A DNA stretch of 63,382 nucleotides, filler included, from Stramenopiles sp. TOSAG23-3 (GCA_900128585.1; 23 parts of 23 records of this genome joined end to end with filler, not necessarily neighbours in it); one strand, 5' to 3'. Counted from the first letter of the whole stretch, positions 1 to 9,944 are shown. The notes: generated by a model not told the origin, from the sequence alone. Program-made: numbers and translations.

Positions 1-1
1 C

Positions 2-1261
2 AACAACATTGCTGCCCTGCGCCCAGTTGTTCAGCCCGAATTCGTTGCCCGTTTGTTCGTTCCCCTGGATAGAGCTCTAAAGAACGGAAAATTTGTTCAA
101 GCGGAAGTGGAAGAGGTAAGAGAAAGAGACTTGCTTGTACGTGGGTTGGACAAGCCGGTAACGTTCGACTACTGCGTCATTGCAACAGGGTCGGTGTATA
201 ATTTTCCGGGGAAAGTGCCGTGGTGGGCAGGGACGCACGCGGTCCGTCGGCTGTACAATGCAGCCAATCAAAAGCTGGTGGCATCCCAGCGGATTGCTAT
301 TATTGGCGCGGGGGCGGTTGGTTTGGAGTTGGCAGGAGAAATAAAGTTTGCATACCCCGACAAGGAGGTCACGGTCTTCCATCGTGGGCCATACCCGCTG
401 AGCTCGTCCAAAATTGGAGAGAAGATGGGAAAATATATTCTGACACGCCTGGAAAAACTGGGGATAAAGGTGAACTGCAACGAGTGTATCGCTGTCAACG
501 ACGATGAGAAAAATAATAATGCGTTCCTCGACGCCACACGGGACAATAATAAGCCTGACGAATCTGCCGAGGACAATGTCAAGACGAGCGACTTGGCGGA
601 AGCCTTCAGCGAAAAGTTCCTTTCGGCCGGCGAGCGTGTCCTAAAGTCGGACTCTGGCAAAGAATTCCCTGTAGATTGTGTGTTCTATTGCACTGGCGCG
701 CACTACGCCTGCTCCGCATACGAGGGCAATTTTCAGATGACCAAGGGCGGCCGATGCATCACCAATGACCGGCTGCAAGCCATACTAAAAGAGACGGGCA
801 AACCGTGCGATCGAGTGTTCGTGGCTGGTGACTGCAATGGCGGAACGGACATCGAGGGATTTGGGGACCCCGCCACATTAACCTTTGGGTATGCGCACCA
901 CCCTGTTGTTGCCAAGAATATTCGCGCCATGAATAAGGGACAAAGTAATACAATGGCAGAGTTCAATAGCCCCGATTCCATCGTTTGTGCATCCCTTGGC
1001 CCAAAGCAAGGTTTCATTGCTAAAGGGAACAAGTTAGGCAGCAAGATAGATTCGCAGCTTTTTGGCCCCGCTTGCCTGCAAGACTGGATAGTTAAGAAAG
1101 TCAAATCTGAAGATTTGTTTACAAACAATATGTACAAGGTCTTAAAGCGGAAAGAGAAACCTCCAAAAGTATCCTTACTTCGAGGGGGAAAGAAGGGTAA
1201 TATGAAGTCTGCCTCTGTACAGCCGGTGGCAGACAAGTACAAGAATAATGACGGGTTCTGA
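2..1261 (+). CDS. AIFM2/FSP1(AMID)-like FAD/NAD(P)H-dependent oxidoreductase, 5'-truncated
   Basis: The frame is open from base 2 (NNIAALRPVV...). Motifs FDYCVIATGS, IAIIGAGAVGLELAGEI (NAD-binding Rossmann) and VFVAGD. Confidence 0.85.
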   Translation, partial: NNIAALRPVVQPEFVARLFVPLDRALKNGKFVQAEVEEVRERDLLVRGLDKPVTFDYCVIATGSVYNFPGKVPWWAGTHAVRRLYNAANQKLVASQRIAIIGAGAVGLELAGEIKFAYPDKEVTVFHRGPYPLSSSKIGEKMGKYILTRLEKLGIKVNCNECIAVNDDEKNNNAFLDATRDNNKPDESAEDNVKTSDLAEAFSEKFLSAGERVLKSDSGKEFPVDCVFYCTGAHYACSAYEGNFQMTKGGRCITNDRLQAILKETGKPCDRVFVAGDCNGGTDIEGFGDPATLTFGYAHHPVVAKNIRAMNKGQSNTMAEFNSPDSIVCASLGPKQGFIAKGNKLGSKIDSQLFGPACLQDWIVKKVKSEDLFTNNMYKVLKRKEKPPKVSLLRGGKKGNMKSASVQPVADKYKNNDGF

Positions 1262-1544
1262 AGGGTTTGGTGGGCGCTGGAGAGCTCGCTCCTCGTAAGA
1301 AGAATAATACTTGTGCAGTATCATATCATAAAAGATTATTTTTTTTAGGAGCCGTACATGATACTTCGTGTATGTTGTAAAATGTGTTCTGCAAGTTTTT
1401 TATGTCGGGGAGTATTTGTGTTTTACACAAGCAATTTTTCTTGAGATTCCGAAATTATTGCACCCCACTACTTAGTATAAACAAAATATATAGTATGAAA
1501 AGTATATATCTTGTTAATTTAATATCATAATTCTAACGTATTCA

Positions 1545-2166
1545 TTATTTGGTTTCTAGAGCTGCCATACAGGCTTCATACCCCTTTGGCTCAAAAAAAA
1601 TGCAACATTGTGCTGGAGTCATATCGTCAAAATTTTTCACCGAAGACTCGGCTCCAGACTTCAACAGCAACCGTACCGCATCAACGTGCCCGCCAATTGC
1701 TGCTTTGTGCAGCGGCGTGTTGTTCCCTGCATCTCGGGAGCTAATGAGTGTATTAACTTCTTCCCCAGAAGCCTCTATCAGCATTGATAAAATTTCCGAA
1801 TGTCCCTGTTGCGAGCAGTAGTGAAACGCGGTAGATCTTGAATCGTCTGCTATGCCTAGCAGATCACCAATGCCCAGGTTCAATAAACTTTTAACAGTTT
1901 TGACGTTACCAAAATACACAGCGGTCATCAACGCCGTTTTCCCGTCCTTTGAGATTGCAAGGGGGTCCGCCCCCGCTCTCAACAAGGCGTTGAAAATGCC
2001 AGCTTCCGTGTGTCGCGCCGCCCTATGAAGCACAGAAGCACCCCCCCATATCAGGGTGCTGAAATCCCAAATCAACCGAACCCTTCGACAAAATAGCTTC
2101 TACCGCATTTAAATCCTGTGCCTCTACAGCGCCGAACAGTTTTATATGCGGCGGCTTGGTGCACAT
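1545..2166 (-). CDS. Ankyrin-repeat protein with one apparent +1 frameshift at the G7 run (2041-2047)
   Basis: Ankyrin motifs SVLHRAA, GKTALMTAV, STAFHYCS and NTPLHKAAIGGHVDAVRLLLKSGA. An upstream frame from ATG 2166 (MCTKPPHIKLFGAVEAQDLNAVEAILSKG...PDMG) joins the 1545..2075 ORF if one G is removed. Confidence 0.8.
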
Positions 2167-2388
2167 GGTGCAGAAGTGAACTTATTTTCTGCTCCCAACA
2201 AATGAAACCTCTTCCTTCTCCCTCTCTATGTCCAGGGTTGCAAAAAAAAGTCTACCTATATGGTAATGAACGTTTACTTTTAATCAACATTTCAAATTTC
2301 CACTTGAGAATATTATTATTATTATTATAATAATATATATTATTATTATAATATTATTTTTTTAAAAAATTAATTAATAATAAATAAT

Positions 2389-2492
2389 AAAACAAGAAAA
2401 TTGGCTGTTGTTATTTTTAAGTAAAATTAAATTTAGCTTCGTCGTACCCTAATCCTAACTTGATTCTGTAATTTCGTCTCATTGATGGTTGA
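2389..2492 (-). mobile_element. 3'-end relic of RLE retrotransposon-associated repeat, subfamily B
   Basis: The reverse complement reads ...tcaatgagacgaaattacagaa..ttaggattagggtacgacgaagctaaatttaa...aacagccaattttcttgtt. This is near-identical to 27705-27783. Confidence 0.75.
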
Positions 2493-2684
2493 TAATAATA
2501 AATATAATAAAAAATATAAATAATAAAATCCGTATACACTGACTGTAGTTTTTTCCTTCACTGCTGTACTGCTGTAAATCCGATTAGCATGGGCGTAGTG
2601 GCCATTTTATAATATGTTGAAGATAATTTTAATAGAGGAGGGTAATAGAATAAAATAGTAAAAAGAAGTGTGCTGAAAGGATTA

Positions 2685-2784
2685 NNNNNNNNNNNNNNNN
2701 NNNNNNNNNNNNNNNNNNNNNNNNNNNNTTAATTAATTAANNNNNNNNNNNNNNNNNNNNNNNNNNNNNNNNNNNNNNNNNNNN
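2685..2784. other. Artificial contig-joining linker (N44-TTAATTAATTAA-N44), first of 22
   Basis: Identical 100-bp linkers, with stops in all six frames, start at 2685, 5468, 8247, 11019, 13791, 16556, 19320, 22082, 24844, 27605, 30366, 33124, 35880, 38636, 41391, 44145, 46898, 49649, 52399, 55148, 57894 and 60639. The contigs between them are sorted by decreasing length. Confidence 0.99.
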
Positions 2785-2855
2785 CCTAACTTGACTAACT
2801 AAGTACTGACCGTAAAGGGCACGAGCTAACTGAAAATGATTGTTGACATTTTCTA
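2785..2855 (-). repeat. 3' LTR (partial)
   Basis: 71 bp identical to 5281-5351 and adjacent to the polypurine tract. Confidence 0.9.
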
Positions 2856-2864
2856 CCCCTTCTC
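2856..2864 (-). other. Polypurine tract
   Basis: Minus strand GAGAAGGGG lies immediately 5' of the 3' LTR. Confidence 0.75.
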
Positions 2865-3049
2865 AACAATACAGTAATCTTGATTACGTGTTGTTGGGAC
2901 GGACAAGTAGTGGAATAGCATACCCGCGGCAGTTGGCTATTTTTCGACAAAAATAATAATTGATCAAAACACAATTTTTGGGAAGTAAAAACATAACTAA
3001 CGACGATTTCGTAGTAATGTTTTGCCTTGACTTTATTCCGAAAGCTTAT

Positions 3050-3165
3050 CTACCCTGCAGTTAAAAGAGCTTCTCTTAAATGCTCAAATGGGCCTCTGTG
3101 CAAGGGCTTTGTGAATATGTCGGCGACGTTCTCTTTGGTACGAATCTTTTGCATACTTATTGCTC
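3050..3165 (-). pseudogene. Copia RNase H C-terminal fragment
   Basis: ISMQKIRTKENVADIFTKPL matches the Copia ADxFTKxL terminal motif. Confidence 0.85.
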
Positions 3166-3392
3166 TAGCACAATCCACCTGCGAGAGTGAGTTGTACGCT
3201 GCAGGCGTAGCCACAATGGACATAATTTGGGTACGAAACCTACTCAAAGAACTAGTTCCACAGCAGAAATTACCTCCAACACCATTATTATGCGACAACC
3301 AAGCCGTTCTTGACAACGTACGGCAGGACAAAAATTCGAAGCGCCTGAAGCATTGTATGCTTAAAGTTACATTACTGCGAGAACATGAAGGC
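3166..3392 (+). pseudogene. Inverted Copia RNase H internal fragment
   Basis: AQSTCESELYA...WVRNLLKEL...TPLLCDNQA...RLKHCMLKVTLLRE matches Copia RNase H (STxExE, CDNQA, KH), but lies on the strand opposite to the rest of pol. Confidence 0.85.
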
Positions 3393-4910
3393 ACAGCGGT
3401 TGATAGACCTAGCCGGTGATCGTCCGTACCATTCTTGATACGTTGTGCGACCGCCTAGCCTGGTTTTTGGTGCAAGTAATAGCAGGTGATTGGCGTAGCG
3501 AAAAGCCGAATGGATGTAGTCGACGCTTAGGAACCTGTGTTTCATCATGTGCTTTGCTTTGGAGCGAAGTGCTTTAATTTTCGCTTCAGCTAGATTTTGC
3601 TGAGACGAGCAGGTGAGATCTACTTCAATTGAGTAGCTATTACGGAGCATAGCAATGGTCTCTGGGGCGAAAATCCCCTTTTCGCCATCGCAGCGAAATT
3701 TGGACGTGGAATAACCGTCACTAACGATTTTGTTGAGGATTATTTTTAGTGCTTCTTGTAGGTTCTTTGTTGTTTTCCCGTCTAGGAAAACTACCCAAGA
3801 GAAATCGGAGGTGCTGTCGACTGCAACCAGGAATAAATAATTTTTGAATCTGTGACCGGTTTTTCGCGCTTCGGTAACCAGGGCTCGTTTTATTGGCAGA
3901 GAACCCAAATCAATATGTATGGTGTGGCCATTTCGATCGCCACGGGTCGCATTTCTAGCGATTGTTGTCTTTTTGGGGTGTTTATGGTTTACCTGAGCTG
4001 CTCTTAGACAGCCAGTACAAGGGTTCGTTTTTGCCTTTGCTTTTAGGGATTGAAAATTTGGAATCTCGATCCACTTATTGTTGATGTATTGCTCGAGAAG
4101 TTCGACGCTTGGATGACCAAGTCGACAGTGCCAGGTATGAAGTAAATTTTTGTTGATTACGTCATTGGATCCGTATAGGATTTCGTCGGGACAGGTGGGC
4201 TCACATTCCTTAGCTTCGCTTTGAAGAGCATTGGACTCCAGGATATCCCGTTCGTCTTTGATTGTTATCGGAGGCGTCATTTCTTTTGGCATGATAGTGT
4301 ACGTTCCATTTATGACGGACGCTACGGGCTTGGCGGATTGCAGGACGTCTGGCGGTAAGGTATTGGGATCTATTTTCCAGACACCTTTTGTTGTCGTTAT
4401 GAATGCTGTCGGCGTAGCTGCCGTCTTCAGGTATTGGTACACACTGATCAGTGTGGTGTTGACGTGAGGATTGTAGATCACGCTCGGATGTTTCTTACTT
4501 TGGGGATAAAAGTTGTTCGTATCGTCGTTGAGTCTTTGGGCTTCTTTCGTTACTGAGGCATCACTCAGTATGGCATTCACAGCTTTCTGCACATCCCCCC
4601 CACAATCGTTCAGGATTTTGCCCACTTCGGTATTCTTCGTAAGATCGCCTTGCGGGTCGTCCCTGCGCTTTTGGCGTACCAGCGAGTGGACGAGCTCTAG
4701 GCTGGTCACTAGCCGCCCTTTTTGCTTGTAGCTGTTCTTTAAACCTCGAAGTTTCTTCTCGACTTCGATTGTACCTTTGAGAATGTACTCTCCAATACTG
4801 GATTTATTTTTAAGAAGGATTTTCAGCTCGTTCGCGAACTTTTGAAAGTTCTCGTAGCTCCCATCATAGGTCTTGGAGTATGACTCGACCTCTTGAACAA
4901 CTCTTGACAT
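3372..4910 (-). CDS. Copia gag N-terminus fused in frame to protease tail, GAG-pre-integrase and integrase core
   Basis: YDGSYENFQKF (gag start), YNPHVNTTLISVYQ (end of protease region), WHCRLGHPS...CTGC (HHCC), IHIDL / RCDGEKG / QQNLAE (D,D,E). Confidence 0.88.
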   Translation of the reverse strand: MSRVVQEVESYSKTYDGSYENFQKFANELKILLKNKSSIGEYILKGTIEVEKKLRGLKNSYKQKGRLVTSLELVHSLVRQKRRDDPQGDLTKNTEVGKILNDCGGDVQKAVNAILSDASVTKEAQRLNDDTNNFYPQSKKHPSVIYNPHVNTTLISVYQYLKTAATPTAFITTTKGVWKIDPNTLPPDVLQSAKPVASVINGTYTIMPKEMTPPITIKDERDILESNALQSEAKECEPTCPDEILYGSNDVINKNLLHTWHCRLGHPSVELLEQYINNKWIEIPNFQSLKAKAKTNPCTGCLRAAQVNHKHPKKTTIARNATRGDRNGHTIHIDLGSLPIKRALVTEARKTGHRFKNYLFLVAVDSTSDFSWVVFLDGKTTKNLQEALKIILNKIVSDGYSTSKFRCDGEKGIFAPETIAMLRNSYSIEVDLTCSSQQNLAEAKIKALRSKAKHMMKHRFLSVDYIHSAFRYANHLLLLAPKTRLGGRTTYQEWYGRSPARSINRCAFMFSQ

Positions 4911-4953
4911 TTTGTTTCGTTTTGCTTATTCGGAATAAAAGATTTTATGGCTT

Positions 4954-4966
4954 TGGGCCCATAACC
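4954..4966 (-). other. Primer-binding site, half-tRNAiMet type
   Basis: Minus strand GGTTATGGGCCCA directly follows the LTR. This is the Drosophila copia/Hemivirus-type PBS. Confidence 0.85.
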
Positions 4967-5351
4967 TAATAACTGGTTATGGTTTACGTTTGTGAAAGAC
5001 TAAATATAACTTCTGTTACTTAATATATACTTTGGCGTGCTCGATAGTTTGAGCTACAACTCAAACGACTTGCCCACTTGCGTTTGGCTGTGCATAATAG
5101 TATGCACTGCAAGGTGGGGTTGTTGACGACAACAACTCAAGAACCTCTAGCTTCGCCGATCACGAATCGGTACTTTCTGAACGTCTGCTAGTAGGGTCAC
5201 ACCATTGGTCCGTTTAACTGCCACATATGCTTAAGCAAAACTTAAGCACATCAGGAGTTACACGTATTTCCTGGTGCGATCCTAACTTGACTAACTAAGT
5301 ACTGACCGTAAAGGGCACGAGCTAACTGAAAATGATTGTTGACATTTTCTA
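4967..5351 (-). repeat. 5' LTR (385 bp)
   Basis: Bounded by the PBS on one side and by the end of identity with the other LTR copy on the other. Confidence 0.8.
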
Positions 5352-5567
5352 AATAATATAATTAATAATAATACGTGTATAATACTAAAAATAACAAAAA
5401 ATTTTTTTTTTTCTTCTCTCTCCTCTCCTCTTTGCCGGCGGGGAGGAGATATGTATTATGAGAAAAGNNNNNNNNNNNNNNNNNNNNNNNNNNNNNNNNN
5501 NNNNNNNNNNNTTAATTAATTAANNNNNNNNNNNNNNNNNNNNNNNNNNNNNNNNNNNNNNNNNNNN

Positions 5568-6262
5568 AATATCGCCCACCCGCTCCACGCAATGCCGACG
5601 CACGCCAACAGCCCCATTCGTGCGGCAATCTCCAGCATATGGTAGGCGTTCAGGGCGACGTTGTAGCGGGAAAACAGTGGGATAACGTAGTCCTTATCGT
5701 CTTTCACATACCACCGTTCGAACTGGCTTACCCCGACCGCCATCGACACCACCGACGTGCCAATACTCGCAAAGAGGAGAACGTCGTTCCCGTCGATCAC
5801 GCCGTCCGCGCGTTTCAAAACGATGTAGAGTTGGAGCAAGGATTGCGGGGCGCTTTCCACCATTCCTTCGAACAACCGCGTATAAACGAAACCCTGCGTT
5901 TTCTTCCCCAACCGAATGGAGTAGTAAGCATCGACGAAGATTTCCAGCTGGGTCAGACCGCACAGGCAACCGGCAACGTAGGAAGCAGTGCTTCTATTTA
6001 AGTCGTTTGGTTCCTTTGCTTCCTTTGCGTCTTCCATTTTCACGCCCAAACTCCCAAAGATCACACTCGCAAAACTACCAAACAGACTCCCCAACACCAT
6101 TATTGCTATCGATACACCGAAGAATACTTTGTCTTCGTGGTAGAGGAGGTTCAACACCAGTATGTCGGACGCCACGTCCCACACGTGAAGCGCCAGCGAT
6201 CCTATTATCATCACCGGAAAGGCATACTTGCCTACGCCGCCGTGGCACAAATCGTCAAACAT
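5568..6262 (-). CDS. XK-related membrane protein (Xkr scramblase family), 3'-truncated
   Basis: DVASDI in TM1, LFEGMVESAPQSLLQLYI (XK signature ESAPQ) and multiple TM helices. Confidence 0.8.
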
Positions 6263-6618
6263 ACTGTGGTATAAATGAAATCAATACAAGCCATATAAAT
6301 GAATTTAATAAAACCATTCTTAACAATTGTCGTTTCGTTTTGGTTTCCAAACCGTATTCCAATAACTTACACAACAAAAAAACATCAAAATTATAATAAA
6401 ACTTGTAGAGGCGTTCAACAACGGTCAGTAGTAGTAGCAGATGTAATCCTATTTACCTGTTAATATAATAATTTTATAATAGCATTACAATAATAATAAT
6501 TTGAGACGTCCATTCCTGACGAAATAAAATGTAGCCATTTACATCAATTGAGAAGCACCGTCCAACATATCCAATCCTGAAACCAATTATTTTCTTGTTT
6601 TTAAGAATTTGCACGGCT

Positions 6619-7932
6619 TTATTTAGGTGGCCCAGCACAGGGCACACGCGCCCATGGCACGGGCTCTGGCGCGACACTTGGTATTGTATTGCCTGCTTTA
6701 AAACATGTACGGCTCCATGCTGCTCGAACCAAATGAGCCTTTCCCAACCGCATGCTTTCCCTCGGATCGTCGAAGTTTTGGATCAGACTGCTTGGGTCAA
6801 TGTCGACGCTGTTCGCTCGGGAATTAGTTACAGAGTTGAATTCGGGCATACCTTTCATCTTCTCGACCTGGCCGATCATTGCGATGTAGTAGGCGAAGAA
6901 GATACCAAACAGATAGAGGACCATCGATCCCAAGCAATCTATCGCGACCAACTCGGAGCTAGGGGTGAAAATGGCTTCCCAATCGATGATTGCTACCACG
7001 AAGCTGATTAAAAAGACTAGAAACAAAGACGCGGCGTACTTGAGCAGCAGGTCCCGGCGGCTGTGGACGCTGGCGTACAGCCCAAAGGCGGACAACCCCA
7101 CGACGCAGGCCCCCAGGCCCATTCGAGTGTACGTCCACCAGTTCGGCGTAAACTTCGGGTCGGACAGCATCCCGATGCCGTGGCCAGACTGGTAGGCACC
7201 CAGTACGAGCATGCTGAGGACAAGGGCTTGAAACAGACGGGTGCACCCGCAGCTCATCGATGCTCCGTCGTTGTGGTAATCTAAATTCCACCCTTCCGAT
7301 TTGTAAATGCTGGACAGCAAGGTGTGAAAACTCTCCTCGACGTTTTTGTTGTCTTTTGCAGACACTTCCAAAAACTCGCACCGCATCGCTTTCGCCATCT
7401 CTTCCCCTTCCTCGTAGCTCACCTTGCGCCTCGTGCCCATGTCGCTCTTGTTCCCCACCAGGAGCCGTGGGGTCATGCTCGCGTCGTTCAGCGTTACGGT
7501 CAGGATCTTCTCATTGATGTACCTAGCAATTTCGAACGAGTGCCTGGACGTGACGTCGTACACCAAAATGTACCCGTGCACGCCGATGTAGTGGCGAGGC
7601 GAGAATACCGTAAGCTTGTCCTGCCCCGTCGTGTCGTGGATGGTAAGGGTCAGCGTCTCCGTCCCGTACTTGATTCGTTTCCTGTACGAGGACGCGATCG
7701 TCGGGTTGTACTCCTTTCGGAATACGTGGTTTACAAACCGACCCACAATGCTCGACTTTCCCACGTTTTGGAACCCCAACACGACAATCGACCGCTGCTT
7801 GTGCGACGGCGACGGCTTCAACGCCATTGGCGAGTTCGGGTTTGCCATGTCTTCAAACGTGTGGTAATACCCAGGATCATCCTGGCTATACCCCTGAGGG
7901 GAAAGGTTATACGGCCCATACCTGTCCTCCAT
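6619..7932 (-). CDS. Rheb-like small GTPase with four C-terminal TM segments (Rheb-TM)
   Basis: G1 GFQNVGKS, effector YNPTI, G3 DTTGQD, YIGVHGYILVYDVTSRHSFE (Rheb-like), G4 NKSD, G5 SAK, then four hydrophobic helices and no CaaX. Confidence 0.85.
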   Translation of the reverse strand: MEDRYGPYNLSPQGYSQDDPGYYHTFEDMANPNSPMALKPSPSHKQRSIVVLGFQNVGKSSIVGRFVNHVFRKEYNPTIASSYRKRIKYGTETLTLTIHDTTGQDKLTVFSPRHYIGVHGYILVYDVTSRHSFEIARYINEKILTVTLNDASMTPRLLVGNKSDMGTRRKVSYEEGEEMAKAMRCEFLEVSAKDNKNVEESFHTLLSSIYKSEGWNLDYHNDGASMSCGCTRLFQALVLSMLVLGAYQSGHGIGMLSDPKFTPNWWTYTRMGLGACVVGLSAFGLYASVHSRRDLLLKYAASLFLVFLISFVVAIIDWEAIFTPSSELVAIDCLGSMVLYLFGIFFAYYIAMIGQVEKMKGMPEFNSVTNSRANSVDIDPSSLIQNFDDPRESMRLGKAHLVRAAWSRTCFKAGNTIPSVAPEPVPWARVPCAGPPK

Positions 7933-8346
7933 ATTAAACCCTACTACGCGTGTTTACCAGCTCGCCCGGTGTTTGTCCGTCCTTTCCACCCCACAGGCAA
8001 CCTTGAACACCCCAAACAATAATAATAGACACAGACACCAGTCGATGGGTGGGTGGGGAAACCGTCACACGAGGGAAAAGAAACTGTAGAATGCGTTTGA
8101 TCTACTATGATATGAAAAGTAAAGGGGTTTGAACTGACCCTGTTACTTACTTTTTATCGTGTTCATACTAAGAAAGACATGTTGTAAATATATTATTCAC
8201 TAAATTCATTATATTCATTTCTTTCATTTATTAATAATAATAATAANNNNNNNNNNNNNNNNNNNNNNNNNNNNNNNNNNNNNNNNNNNNTTAATTAATT
8301 AANNNNNNNNNNNNNNNNNNNNNNNNNNNNNNNNNNNNNNNNNNNN

Positions 8347-9872
8347 TTTGCCTTCGCTTCTTTTTTCACGGCGACAAAGGCGCACGCCTCTCCTTTACTA
8401 TTCACTTTGGGGGAGCTCACCCCTTTGCCTTCCAAAGACGGGGGATGATTTTCTTTCTTTACAGCGACGACGTTACTTTTCTTTCTTTTTTTACCCGGTA
8501 TGGGTTTGCGCGGGGATGCTCCTGGCCTTTTCTTCAAGCTCGCCCGTTCGTCTTCCAAAGACGGGGGCATGGTGCCTCTGGCAATCGCCAACTGTTCAGC
8601 ACTGGCAGTACGCGCCGATGAATTGTTGAAGCCGTTCGAGAAATTCGCTATGACCATGGGTTTTGCCCCAGCATCTTCTAAAGACCCGCCTTCAAGGATG
8701 CCTTTCAGGTCTTTCACGGAGAGGAGTTTGGTCTTTCGTTTCTCCCGAGCTTTGGAAACCTTAGAAAAGCCGGGATTCTTTCCAACGACCAAAACGTCCG
8801 TCTTTCCACTAACAGCAGACCTCACAGCTCCTCCGAAAGAAGTGATCAAATGCTTCAGTTTTGCTTTGCCAAGACTTAAGCCTGCGCCACCGCCAAGTTC
8901 CGGAAACGTCCCTGTTAATACAAACGTCTTGCCCTGAAGAGAATTCGCAACCGCACCGTTCTTGCCGGGAACTGGAGCGACGAAATATTGACGAGGTGCG
9001 TGATACCCTTGCTTTACGAGCACGCCGGACGTTTGCTGTTCGGCAACAGCCTCACTACTACTATTGCTATTGCGACTACCCGCGCTGCTACTGCTGCCTC
9101 CATCGCCCGTGGACTTGTGATACCGCTTACGATTTGATGCATTCTTGGCCACACTCGTTTTTGAGGGCTTTCGTTTCGCAGCCCAGTTCGATTTGTCCAT
9201 CACGTGCTTTATGAACATCGATTTCTCATCGTTTGATAAATCACTAAATCCACACAGCAATACTTCGTTCATTCCAATTAAGGCAGTTTCAAAAAATGAC
9301 TTGTTGTGGCACTTTTCTGGATCCGGGACGCCCAACCACACCCTATTTGGCACGCGCCAACATTGAAGATGCTTCCAGTTCCAGTACGTCCCTGTGTCCT
9401 CGTTCAACGACCCAACTCTAATCTCAGCTTTCGCTATCACACTGTCCGCATCGCACTTCTTTGCGGATCCTTTGGCACGGCATTTGGACCGTCCGGATTT
9501 CGCCAGTTCAACTCGATACATTGGTACAGGGGTCTCTGCCGCTGCATAGAAGAAGTCCCAAGAAGGCGTTGGCATACCATCAAAGTTCTTCCACATTTCC
9601 CCAAACTCTTCGGCCGTCGAATTGTCGCAGTCAGTAGCGAACGACGTGATTCTGTTCGCATCAAATAATTCCCTCAAGACTTCGAAGCAGGTCTGGACTT
9701 CCCGAAACACGGCAGGGTCTCCTCCTTTGTCTGGGTGCGCTTTTAAAATTTTTTTGAAGTACAACTTTTTAATAGTCGCAAATTCTTCTTGTAAAGACTG
9801 ACATTCCGAGAAATGTTCGAGTGTGACATCTATGCATTCTAAGCATTCTTTCACAGTTTTTTCTGAGGCCAT
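8347..9872 (-). CDS. DnaJ domain + PARP-type zinc finger + BRCT protein, 3'-truncated
   Basis: KAHPDKGGD (J-domain HPD), YRVELAKSGRSKC...WKHLQC (zf-PARP), LQGKTFVLTG...FGGAVRSAVSGKTDVLVVG (RFC1/LigA-type BRCT). Confidence 0.85.
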
Positions 9873-9907
9873 TGAAGAAGTCGTGGAACCGCCGATGCGT
9901 TGTCAGT

Positions 9908-9944
9908 TGTTTGCTTGATGCGTGTTTGCTTGATGCGTGTTTGC
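9908..9944. repeat. 15-bp tandem repeat (TGTTTGCTTGATGCG x~2.5)
   Basis: Read directly. It lies just upstream of the DnaJ/BRCT start codon. Confidence 0.7.

Larger units (their letters stand above)
2785..5351 (-). mobile_element. Ty1/Copia LTR retrotransposon, internally deleted (no RT), 3' LTR cut by contig end
   Basis: Direct repeats 2785-2855 = 5281-5351, PBS, PPT, gag-like start, GAG-pre-integrase HHCC, integrase DDE core and Copia RNase H motifs. Confidence 0.92.
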
